45,862 nucleotides of DNA from Patescibacteria group bacterium (GCA_025449635.1 JANWIZ010000036.1:1-45862); one strand, 5' to 3'. Positions 20,936 to 29,360 are shown, numbered from the stretch's first letter. Notes: generated from the letters alone by a model not told the origin. Numbers and translations: made by a program.

Positions 20936-21985
20936 CTAACTATAAACTCCAGCGACATTCACATGCCTGACGATCTGGTGTCGAAGCAAAGACTTGATCC
21001 GATTAACCAATCCATTGCTTTGTGGAATTCGCTGATCAAAACCAAAACTCTCCAGTACTATTTCACCGACAAATCCGTTCTGACGCAAGAAGGTCAGTAC
21101 TGACCGCAGAATCTTTGGATTCATACCAGCCAAAGAATCACCACGAGCAGCAGCAAGATCAAGCATCAACCGACCGGTTTTGTTGACATCATTGGTCAGT
21201 TCATGCATGTAGCGCACTAGATCCCGAACCCAAGCTCGGTAATCAGCTCCCATCATCTGCCCAAGTTCACCACCGCGATGAGCCAAATCCGGAGCGACTT
21301 GGTGCTCAGGCATCTCAAACTTTGCAGTTGCGATCGCTACCTGCTCCAAAAGTTCAGGATTGTACTGGACCTGAATGGCTGTAAAACGGTTATACCAAAC
21401 GGTGTGTAAAGTTTCTCGCTTTCTGACTCGTACGATTCGATCAGCTGCCACTGGCGAGCTCGCTCGTACAGTCTTTGCAACCACTCCATGATAACCGTCA
21501 GTGACTCGTTCTTGAATCGTACCAAACCAAGTAACCCCAATCGGCGTCAAAACTCCACGATGTTCAAACTCTCTAGCCAGATCTTCGCGGGCAATTCTGA
21601 TCAAATCAGAAGGGTAGTAACCTAGATCCACCAAACTATCGAAATAGGGAAGGTTGTGGGTTTTTTCGTCCGGACTCCACACCTCAGCATTAAATCGTCC
21701 AAGCCAACCAACCCCAAATAGATCCGCGACCATCTGAAACTGATGATCGTAAGTTTCAGTTGCTGCTTCGGTACGGTAACCTAGCATGAGAGCATCGCGA
21801 AAGTCCTCGATACCCATCCCTTCAGGGAGACTACGACCTACTGCCGAAACATCCAAACCTTCACCAATCTCTCTGGTCAAATCAGGATGAACAAATTCCC
21901 CAGGATCCTTCAGAATCGACAAACTGTAGTCCTCAAGAGCCTTAATACCAGCTTCAGGAACAAAATAGTCCATTTTGAGAACCAA
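20936..21985 (-). CDS. Soluble acyl-ACP desaturase (ferritin-like di-iron, DesA-like), copy 1
   Basis: Di-iron ligand pattern TEAAT...WSPDEKTH...QERVT...RETLH, and FEMP; SD AAGGAGGTGA before a TTG start. Confidence 0.82.
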   Translation of the reverse strand: MVLKMDYFVPEAGIKALEDYSLSILKDPGEFVHPDLTREIGEGLDVSAVGRSLPEGMGIEDFRDALMLGYRTEAATETYDHQFQMVADLFGVGWLGRFNAEVWSPDEKTHNLPYFDSLVDLGYYPSDLIRIAREDLAREFEHRGVLTPIGVTWFGTIQERVTDGYHGVVAKTVRASSPVAADRIVRVRKRETLHTVWYNRFTAIQVQYNPELLEQVAIATAKFEMPEHQVAPDLAHRGGELGQMMGADYRAWVRDLVRYMHELTNDVNKTGRLMLDLAAARGDSLAGMNPKILRSVLTFLRQNGFVGEIVLESFGFDQRIPQSNGLVNRIKSLLRHQIVRHVNVAGVYS

Positions 21986-22070
21986 TTCTCACCTCCTTTT
22001 TTGATCTCTACAGTAATTTTAGTATAACATCTGAGAAGTAACCGCACCTTAAAATCCAAATGGAGGAAAA

Positions 22071-23327
22071 ATGAGAGTCGTCATCACTGGAATGGGAGCG
22101 ATCACTCCTGTCGGCAAAACGCCAAAAGAGATCTTTTCCGCAGTTGTGAACAAAAAATCTGGGATTCGTGAGGTAAAATCGTTTCCGCTTGATGAAAATC
22201 ACCTTTGCCGTGTTGCTGGTGAGGTAGATTTTAATCCAAGCTGGTTGGATCGCTTGATTCATCGAAAGGATCAGCGAAAAATCGCTCGAGCCTCGCAATT
22301 TCAAATGTATGCGATCGATCAAGCACTTATTGACGCCAAACTTCTTTACAAACATTTGACTCCAAAGCTGGCTCAGCGTATTGGCATTTGCGTTGGTGCC
22401 AGTATGATCGGGATGTCAGATGTTATTTATGAGGTTGGTCGTTACCGAGATTCTGGTGCAAGATTTATTTCTGCGGCTTTGATCCAAAAAATCATGCCGA
22501 ATGCCGCTGCTGCTCGACCTTCACTACACAGTCAGATTCATGGTCCGGTCTATACGACATCAGCTGCTTGTGCAACAAGTGCAATGAGTATGATCGATGC
22601 TTATAAAATGATTACAGATTTGGAATGTGACGTTGTAGTAACTGGTGGTTGTGAAGATGCGCTTGATCCAATTTCTTTGGCTTCTTTTGGCAATTTGACA
22701 GCGCTTTCAACCAGCTGGAACGATCAACCGCATAAAGCACTTCGTCCGTTTGACTCAAAACGAAATGGTTTTGTACCAGGCGAGGGGGGAGTTGCTTTTG
22801 TTTTTGAAGGTTTGGATCACGCTCTAGCCAGAAAGGCAAATATTTACGCAGAAGTCGTTGGCTACTGTCGCAATTCCGATGCTCACAACATCGTTCACCC
22901 GCACCCTGAAGGGACTTGGCAAGCACTATGCATGTCAACCGCTCTGGAAAGGGCAGGGGTAACACCGTCAAATCTGAGCTATATCAATGCTCACGGAACA
23001 GGTACTCCGGAAGGAGACCCGTCTGAGTGCCGGGCAATCGCTACTTGTCTTGGTAAAGATGTGAAAAAAGTTCCAGTTTCTTCCAGCAAAGGTGTTCTCA
23101 GCCATTTGATGAGTGCCTCAGCTGCAGCTGAACTGTTAATTTGTGTCGAAGCGATAATGCAAAATATTATCCCTCCAACTACCAATCTAGAAGTTATTGA
23201 CGCTGAATGCACTGATCTTCACCATGTCACCAAAGCTTTCAGATCTGAAGTGACTGCAGTGATGAATAATTCGTTTGGATTTGGTGGGGAAAATACTGCC
23301 ATGGTTGTGAAAAAATTTACAGAATAA
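22071..23327 (+). CDS. fabF: Beta-ketoacyl-ACP synthase II
   Basis: RVVITGMG, SAACATS catalytic Cys, YINAHGTGT, SHL, NSFGFGG (Cys-His-His triad). Confidence 0.93.
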   Translation: MRVVITGMGAITPVGKTPKEIFSAVVNKKSGIREVKSFPLDENHLCRVAGEVDFNPSWLDRLIHRKDQRKIARASQFQMYAIDQALIDAKLLYKHLTPKLAQRIGICVGASMIGMSDVIYEVGRYRDSGARFISAALIQKIMPNAAAARPSLHSQIHGPVYTTSAACATSAMSMIDAYKMITDLECDVVVTGGCEDALDPISLASFGNLTALSTSWNDQPHKALRPFDSKRNGFVPGEGGVAFVFEGLDHALARKANIYAEVVGYCRNSDAHNIVHPHPEGTWQALCMSTALERAGVTPSNLSYINAHGTGTPEGDPSECRAIATCLGKDVKKVPVSSSKGVLSHLMSASAAAELLICVEAIMQNIIPPTTNLEVIDAECTDLHHVTKAFRSEVTAVMNNSFGFGGENTAMVVKKFTE

Positions 23328-23334
23328 ATCTGTT

Positions 23335-23376
23335 AAAAGCCCGTTGGGATATCAATCCAATCAATGGGCTTTTTTT
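23335..23376 (+). terminator. Intrinsic terminator of fabF
   Basis: AAAAGCCCGTTG...CAATGGGCTTTTTTT. Confidence 0.8.
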
Positions 23377-23441
23377 ATTACTTTTATAACTATTATGAGT
23401 CAACCTATTGCTTTTTTAATTCCTTTAGTAAATAATTTTTA

Positions 23442-23746
23442 TGTAATCCTGTGTGAAAGAGCGTGAAGAAAGGAGACCGCGCACTTTTCCGATATATAAA
23501 GGCGGCCAGACTCCATCATGACCCCCTCTAGTATCGTGATTCGCACAAAACAGAGCAGAGCTGGACAACACGGGCGCACATTCCCAACCGGATTTTGCCG
23601 CCCACACAGGATTGCACGACAACCAGAGCCCGGAGATAGACTGTCGATCCGCCGACAGGTGAAAACGCCGCACCCCCCGCAGATTTTTCACGAGAGTAAC
23701 GAGAGGAGCACTCTTTACTCTTTTTCTATTTTCGGGCAACTTTTTT
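23442..23746 (+). ncRNA. Candidate large structured ncRNA-2 (~305 nt, two multibranch domains, family unknown)
   Basis: 14-bp closing helix 23442-55/23603-16. 13-bp closing helix 23628-40/23725-37 encloses three abutting hairpins. U-tract at 23741-46. Promoter TTGCTT-17-AATAAT at 23408-36. Confidence 0.75.
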
Positions 23747-23750
23747 GAAT

Positions 23751-23787
23751 AAAAAAACCGCCCTAGTAGAGAAAACTAACGCGGTTA
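23751..23787 (-). terminator. Intrinsic terminator of desaturase 2
   Basis: - strand AACCGCGTTAG...CTAGGGCGGTTTTTTT. Confidence 0.75.
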
Positions 23788-23812
23788 AAACTTACCTCTC
23801 TAAAAACTTCAA

Positions 23813-24805
23813 TTAAGCAGCAACCAACTGGAAACTACCATCCGAAACCAACTGATAAACCTCAGCTCCTTCAGGTATTCCCTCCAAAGGCTTATTGGGT
23901 AGAACAACAACGGCATTCTCGGGAAGCTCTTGAACTGCAACTTCAGCTGCTCTGACCGCATTGCGATCTTTCAAACCCATACTCTGGATTGCTGGGCTAA
24001 GAACACTTCTACCCCAATCCATCAACGAGAAAACACCCGCCGAATAAACCGTTGCCTCGAATTGCTCCTTGTTGGGAAACCTAACTTCTGGCATACGATA
24101 CGTGGCGAAAGCCTGATTCATCGCTTCAATTGCAAGATCAGGTCGGTATCGTAGGTAAATGCGAAGAATTTCTCGAAAATTACTTTCGTGAGCACCTTCG
24201 TCACGTTCCACATACCAAACCATCATACTCAACACCAAAAGCAGAGGGTTTTTGGTTCTTTCATACTCTGCTTTGAGGAATTGGCGAAAGCGGTGATAGT
24301 TATGCTTGGTCTGACGCTCTTGGACAATACCATAAGCCGAAGCGTTATAAGGTGTCGCTGCGTGTCCGGTTTGGCGCTCAAACACCCACGTATCCTCAGA
24401 AGCCTCTTCCAAGAATTTGTCTACCTCTGCCTGTGTTGCCAATCCAGAGTCAACCAAACTATAACGAAAGGTCTGACCGTGCTTACGCTCTTCGACACCC
24501 CAACCAATTGTCGCTTCACGAATCGTAATACTGTCACCAGCACCTTGAATACCAGCGAAAACATAATCGTCAACAAACGACTCAACCCCAAGAAACCCAA
24601 AAAGCATTTCCCGAATTTCTGAAATAAGCTGAGCCGCTACTTCACGATACCGACGAAGTTCATCTCGCTCTTTAAGACGCTTCGGAAACCATGCACGAGC
24701 CACTACCGCTTTAGCAAAATAGGTATCGTATTGAGTACGAATAGCCTTCTGAATCGCGGTCTCTTTACCAACCAAAGTAATCGGATCGGTATTGAGATAA
24801 ACCAA
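23813..24805 (-). CDS. Soluble acyl-ACP desaturase (ferritin-like di-iron, DesA-like), copy 2
   Basis: GVESFVDDY...WGVEERKH...QERQT...RDEGAH...YRMP; SD AAGGAGGG before a TTG start. Confidence 0.87.
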   Translation of the reverse strand: MVYLNTDPITLVGKETAIQKAIRTQYDTYFAKAVVARAWFPKRLKERDELRRYREVAAQLISEIREMLFGFLGVESFVDDYVFAGIQGAGDSITIREATIGWGVEERKHGQTFRYSLVDSGLATQAEVDKFLEEASEDTWVFERQTGHAATPYNASAYGIVQERQTKHNYHRFRQFLKAEYERTKNPLLLVLSMMVWYVERDEGAHESNFREILRIYLRYRPDLAIEAMNQAFATYRMPEVRFPNKEQFEATVYSAGVFSLMDWGRSVLSPAIQSMGLKDRNAVRAAEVAVQELPENAVVVLPNKPLEGIPEGAEVYQLVSDGSFQLVAA

Positions 24806-24886
24806 TAATCTTCCCTCCTTTTCTGTGATCTCAACTCTTGAGGGGAGTATAACATTTTTTGCTTCAGTTTTTTTGTTTTTCGGATA

Positions 24887-25672
24887 TTAAAGTTTCGAGG
24901 CACGCCAACCAGCAGTTTGGGCTTCTTGCTCAGTACAAAACCAACGTTCACCTTTACTTTCATCAATACTAGTTTTGTCGTAATAACTACCATTAGGAAT
25001 ATGGTAGATCTTTTCACCAGAACTGGAGATGTTTCCTTTGATTTTACAATCAGAATTTGAGTTTAGGGTGGTTAGAGAATAATTTGTACTTGACTGCACC
25101 TGACCAGAACCAAGACTACAACTGCCCCAAAGCCCTTTTTTACTGTTTCGGGCAGAGGTTTCAGCTGCTTTAAATTTGTCTTGATACTTTACATCTGGAG
25201 GGTAAGAAGCTGCTTTGCCAAAGCCCTCACTAACCAAGTATTCATTTACAAAAGTTTCGTCAACATAGACGTACCGAAGCAATCGTCCATATCGGTCAGT
25301 CTCAGAAACATCCTTCTCCAAACGGACTTTTTTACCTTCGACCAAGTCCTTGTTTTTATTTGAAGCTTCTTTTCCGTAACAGCCGACTGTCTGTCTGGGA
25401 TCTACAGTCTCTGGGGTATCAATACCGATATAGCGAACTTTTTGTCCACCCTCGATCTCGATGGTGTCGCCGTCAACAATTTTTGTAACTAAGATACCTT
25501 CTTGGGAATTACTTCCTGAATTAGAGGTGGTATTTTCTGATTGTTCTGTTTCTGTAGAATTATTGCCAGATTTATTAACAGTAATATTTTGAGAGGATAA
25601 CCCTTGTGAAAAAAGTACCAAAACAAGAAATACGGCAAACCCAAGTAGAGGATAGAAAAGTTTTTCTTTCAT
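24887..25672 (-). CDS. Membrane-anchored thermonuclease (SNase) with a C-terminal Ada-like/CxIKGNI domain
   Basis: IVDGDTI, VRYIGIDTPE, DRYGRLLRY, ARNSKKGLW; CKIKGNIS..KIYH..WFCTEQEA. Confidence 0.92.
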   Translation of the reverse strand: MKEKLFYPLLGFAVFLVLVLFSQGLSSQNITVNKSGNNSTETEQSENTTSNSGSNSQEGILVTKIVDGDTIEIEGGQKVRYIGIDTPETVDPRQTVGCYGKEASNKNKDLVEGKKVRLEKDVSETDRYGRLLRYVYVDETFVNEYLVSEGFGKAASYPPDVKYQDKFKAAETSARNSKKGLWGSCSLGSGQVQSSTNYSLTTLNSNSDCKIKGNISSSGEKIYHIPNGSYYDKTSIDESKGERWFCTEQEAQTAGWRASKL

Positions 25673-25706
25673 CTCTTCTAGATTAACTTAAATAAAAACT
25701 GAATAC

Positions 25707-25748
25707 AAAAAAGAAAAGGGAAGCTGTCAAAAAGTGACAAATTCCCTT
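25707..25748 (-). terminator. Intrinsic terminator of the DegV gene
   Basis: - strand AAGGGAATTTGTCA..TGACAGCTTCCCTTTTCTTTTTT. Confidence 0.7.
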
Positions 25749-25749
25749 A

Positions 25750-26673
25750 TTAGTCATAAACGATAATCATCGCAACATACTTGGGACCAGTAATCGAAAG
25801 AAGAGCAATCGGCAGTACTTCTCTTTCAATTATCTCAGCCTGTGTGTGACCAAGCAACGATCCCACAATTGTACCGGTTTCAAACGAAGATTCTCGCTGA
25901 TATAGGTAAATCTTTTTAATACCTTTACCCATTTCGACCCTTTTCTCAACTTCCTTGCAAATCGCAGCTACCATTGGTTGAAAGGTACGAGAAATACCGA
26001 CAATTTTCTCTTTCCCCTCCATGAGCGTCAAAGCCAATTTGGGAGAGTGGTGCGTCCGACGAGCAAACCAGGCAGCCAAATTTCGAGCGTAGTGCTTCAG
26101 TGTTTCTCTCAGTTTGTGGGAGGCCAACTCTTCGATCCGACCGCTAGCTGTGATGTAGTCGATCTTATCAAGCGCCAGGAACAGTTCAACTTTACCTGCC
26201 AATCTCTCCATTCGATGAACGATGTGGTCAAAGATCTCACCTTGTTCAGCAAGTGCTGTTGCTTCCTGCGCCAAGTACTCGACACCAGCAGCGGTTGTAC
26301 CTGTATCGATTACTTCAACAACCACATCCGATTTTTCTTCTCTAAAAAGATTGACTGCTAGCATAGCAGAATTGTAAGTACCGCTTTTACTAGCTGGAAC
26401 AGTCAAAACCAAGAAACGATTGTAACCCTCATCTGTCATTTCCTGATAAACAGTCAAAAAATCAATCGGGGACGGTTGAGCAGTTCCCGGTGGCTTCTTG
26501 CAAGCACGTTGAATTTCGAGAAAATCTTCCGTTGAAATCTCATCCTGCTTAATCGAGATTGGATCAGGTTGATCAGTCTGATAAGTTACATAAAAAGGAA
26601 TGACTCGGTGGGCAAAAGGTGAATCCCGCAACAAACTGCCATCAGTGATTACGGCAATCCTTTCTTCGGTCAC
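25750..26673 (-). CDS. DegV/FakB-family fatty-acid-binding protein
   Basis: IAVITDGS, TAQPSP, SKSGTYNSA, VIDTGT, SGRI; SD GAGGAG before a GTG start. Confidence 0.88.
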   Translation of the reverse strand: MTEERIAVITDGSLLRDSPFAHRVIPFYVTYQTDQPDPISIKQDEISTEDFLEIQRACKKPPGTAQPSPIDFLTVYQEMTDEGYNRFLVLTVPASKSGTYNSAMLAVNLFREEKSDVVVEVIDTGTTAAGVEYLAQEATALAEQGEIFDHIVHRMERLAGKVELFLALDKIDYITASGRIEELASHKLRETLKHYARNLAAWFARRTHHSPKLALTLMEGKEKIVGISRTFQPMVAAICKEVEKRVEMGKGIKKIYLYQRESSFETGTIVGSLLGHTQAEIIEREVLPIALLSITGPKYVAMIIVYD

Positions 26674-26718
26674 TTCTTTCTCCTCTCTAAGTTTGAAACC
26701 TGGCTATAATAGCAAACT

Positions 26719-27240
26719 TTGCAACAGAAAGGCAAATTGTGGTTTAGTAAAAGAGTGAACAATGATTATTTAAAAGGTAGCTTTCTAGCATTTCTGGTTT
26801 TAAGCGCGACAGTTGGATTAGTCTATTTGTCTCAAAACTTTTCTGAAACGAAATCATTTTCAAAAGTAAATACAAACTCAGAAAGGAAACTTCAGATCGG
26901 GTATACGACTATAACTGTGGAGACAGCCGATTCGCCAGTCGAGCAAGCTAAGGGTTTGTCTGGTCGAGAAAGTTTAGGAGAAAACCGTGGAATGTACTTC
27001 GTTCTAGAAAAAAGAGGGTTAATCAGTTTTTGGATGAAAGAGATGAAATTTTCGATTGACATCATTTGGGTCGACAGAGATACGATAATCGGTTTTGTCG
27101 AAAACGCCCCGCTACCATCAGAAGAGGGTATCCCAACTTTCAAATCTCCTTCTCCAGTAACCCACGTACTTGAAGTCAACGCTGGTTTTGTACAACAACA
27201 CGATTTGGAAGTTGGTCAGGAAATTGTTGAGCTAAAATAA
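26719..27240 (+). CDS. DUF192-family protein
   Basis: VETADS...AKGLSGR...GMYF...FWMKEMKFSIDIIW...VLEVNAG; N-terminal TM helix; start uncertain. Confidence 0.85.
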   Translation: MQQKGKLWFSKRVNNDYLKGSFLAFLVLSATVGLVYLSQNFSETKSFSKVNTNSERKLQIGYTTITVETADSPVEQAKGLSGRESLGENRGMYFVLEKRGLISFWMKEMKFSIDIIWVDRDTIIGFVENAPLPSEEGIPTFKSPSPVTHVLEVNAGFVQQHDLEVGQEIVELK

Positions 27241-27246
27241 TTAAGT

Positions 27247-28221
27247 ATGAAAATTTTTGATAGTGTTTACGGTGAATTTGAAGTTAAGGAACCAGTTCTT
27301 GTTGAACTAATAAATTCTAAACCACTCCAGCGAATCAAGGGCGTTAACCAAGCTGGTACCCAACTAGTTCAAATTGAAAAAACTACAACCCGATACGATC
27401 ACTGTACTGGAGTAATGATCTTACTTGCCAAATTTGGGGCAAGTTTGGAAGAACAAATTGCAGGATTGTTACACGACGTACCACACACTGCCTTTTCCCA
27501 CGCAGCAGATTTTGTTTTTAAAGAAAATGAAAGTCAAACCTATCACGAAAGGTTTTTAAAGCAAATTGTTTTTGATTCAGAGATTCCAGCAATTCTAGAA
27601 AAATACGGTTTTGACCCTGAAAGAGTAACTGATGAACACAATTTTACCCTTCTAGAACAAGATATTCCCCAGCTGTGTGCTGATCGTATTGATTACTCAC
27701 TCCGGGATATAGCTACGGATAAGATTTTTTCCGAAAATGATATTAAACATATTCTTGATTCAATTACTGTCTTCGAAGGTAAATTTGCGATGAACGATAA
27801 AAAAATAGGCTATTTTTATGCCAAAGCTTTTATGAATCAGTGTCTTAACTCCTGGAACGCGCCAGTCACTCTGACAGCCTTTGAGCTTTTCGGACAACTT
27901 GTCCGTCAAGCAATAAAAATTAAAGTTTTGACTGAGCAAGACTTGTTCCAGACTGATGATGAGGTTCTGGAAAAATTGAAAACTTCAGAAAATAAAGAGG
28001 TTAAGAATTTACTCTCTAAACTGAATCCAAATCTTTCTGTGGTTCACGATGAAATAAATTTTGACTTTGACACTAGAGGGAAGGTGCGCTACATCGATCC
28101 CCCAATACTAAAAAACAAAATTGTCACACCTCTTTCCAAACTAAATCCCGCCTTTGAGCGGGATATAGTTACCTTTATTCAGTTAGCCAAGGCTGGCCAT
28201 AAAATTCGAGTTATTTCCTAG
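27247..28221 (+). CDS. HD-domain phosphohydrolase (dNTPase-like)
   Basis: D.VYG, LQRIKG..QAG, RYDHC, LLHDVPH..FSH, CADRIDY. Confidence 0.88.
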   Translation: MKIFDSVYGEFEVKEPVLVELINSKPLQRIKGVNQAGTQLVQIEKTTTRYDHCTGVMILLAKFGASLEEQIAGLLHDVPHTAFSHAADFVFKENESQTYHERFLKQIVFDSEIPAILEKYGFDPERVTDEHNFTLLEQDIPQLCADRIDYSLRDIATDKIFSENDIKHILDSITVFEGKFAMNDKKIGYFYAKAFMNQCLNSWNAPVTLTAFELFGQLVRQAIKIKVLTEQDLFQTDDEVLEKLKTSENKEVKNLLSKLNPNLSVVHDEINFDFDTRGKVRYIDPPILKNKIVTPLSKLNPAFERDIVTFIQLAKAGHKIRVIS

Positions 28222-28879
28222 ATACTGCTTGAAAGGCATATTTATTAACTGTATTCACTACTATCCCAATCAAAACCAACGCCAAAGCTAGAGCTAGATT
28301 CCCGATCAAACCAAGATAAGAATCGTTCCCGGTTTGTGGAAGCTTAGTTACCGAAGATAACACAGTTGGAGTTACTACAGTTGTAGTAGCTGCAACAACA
28401 GTGGGGGTACCACTTGGTTGATTTCTGGTAGGCTCGACTATTGGCTTATTTACATTTGGTTTACAATCGTTTTCCACTGGTTTATTTACAACTTTCTTTG
28501 GTTTGTGACCGCACCAACCTTCGTTGTCATCTTCAAAGTCATCGTCATTGCCACAACCATTGTTACCATCTTGATCGGCTTTATCGACACCACCAGTACT
28601 TCCCGGTTTGTCAGATTTACCGTAGTTTCGCTCTGGTCCTTTAGAGTTGTTATCTGGATCAGATTTAGATTTACCTTGAGTGAAAGAGAGTCCTTTTTCA
28701 ATACTGCGATCTTTTCCAGATGGGTGAGAGTTGTCACCTTCATCAGGCTTGTCGTAAACTATTGAGGACTTTATTGGTTTGGAATGCGAATAGTTACCGT
28801 AAGAGGCAAAAGCCACCTTTGGCAATAAAGCTAAATTAAAAAGAAGTATTAACCCTATAATAACAGTTTTCTTAATCAT
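28211..28879 (-). CDS. Secreted LPXTG-type surface protein
   Basis: Signal peptide ending AFA, Asp/Gly/Asn-rich core, Pro/Thr linker, LPQTG plus TM helix and basic tail; promoter TTGACA-17-TAGAAT ends 7 nt before ATG 28879. Confidence 0.82.
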   Translation of the reverse strand: MIKKTVIIGLILLFNLALLPKVAFASYGNYSHSKPIKSSIVYDKPDEGDNSHPSGKDRSIEKGLSFTQGKSKSDPDNNSKGPERNYGKSDKPGSTGGVDKADQDGNNGCGNDDDFEDDNEGWCGHKPKKVVNKPVENDCKPNVNKPIVEPTRNQPSGTPTVVAATTTVVTPTVLSSVTKLPQTGNDSYLGLIGNLALALALVLIGIVVNTVNKYAFQAVSRK

Positions 28880-28886
28880 GGTAGTT

Positions 28887-28950
28887 ATTCTATCATATCT
28901 TATAGTATATGTCAATGTGACTTGACTCTTGCATAATCTTAGGGTAAAAT
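28887..28950. promoter_or_regulatory. Back-to-back divergent sigma70 promoters
   Basis: - strand TTGACA (28915-10)-17-TAGAAT (28892-87); + strand TTGACT (28922-27)-17-TAAAAT (28945-50). Confidence 0.78.
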
Positions 28951-28957
28951 GCTTTTC

Positions 28958-29265
28958 AGCTCAATTACCTTCGGGAGATTTTGAGATAGGCTCTTGGGCC
29001 TGCGAGAAAGGAAGATAATTGAGTTAGGGAAGACTCTGGTGTGGATGCCACAGAGAATAAAACTAGGAGTGAGACCTAGTCGGGGTTTGCCTTGATCCCC
29101 GTTAGAGCTTTCGTTCTCCAAGGACAGTGACTCATCTTTTGTGAAATAATGAGGAGATGAGTGGAGTATGTAAATCACACATACTTTGAGTCTGTTCTGC
29201 CAAAAACTTGCACGAAAAAGGGCTATCCCAACTCTGCAAGTCGTGTGTCTTCCCGAATTTTTTTT
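28958..29265 (+). ncRNA. Candidate large structured ncRNA-3 (~308 nt, family unknown)
   Basis: Helix 28958-67/29016-25. Long-range GGGAAGAC/GTCTTCCC (29027-34/29247-54) encloses at least 7 helices. U8 tract at 29258-65. Starts 7 nt after the -10 box. Confidence 0.75.
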
Positions 29266-29360
29266 AAATCGTAGCAACCTCAAATTTTCGTATTTAAATA
29301 TAAGCTCCCTAGGTATATACTCAAACTACTATATAGAGAGATCAGGAAAGGAGGTTTTCC

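Noticed and set aside
23442-23616. 6S RNA identity for ncRNA-2 domain 1 (175 nt with a closing stem)
   Set aside because: The interior is multibranched rather than a rod with a central bubble, and a second domain follows before the U-tract
23425-23748. ORFs 23425-23739 (-) and 23518-23748 (+) as the missing acyl carrier protein
   Set aside because: Basic, Arg/Pro-rich sequences with no DSL phosphopantetheine motif and no appropriately spaced SD
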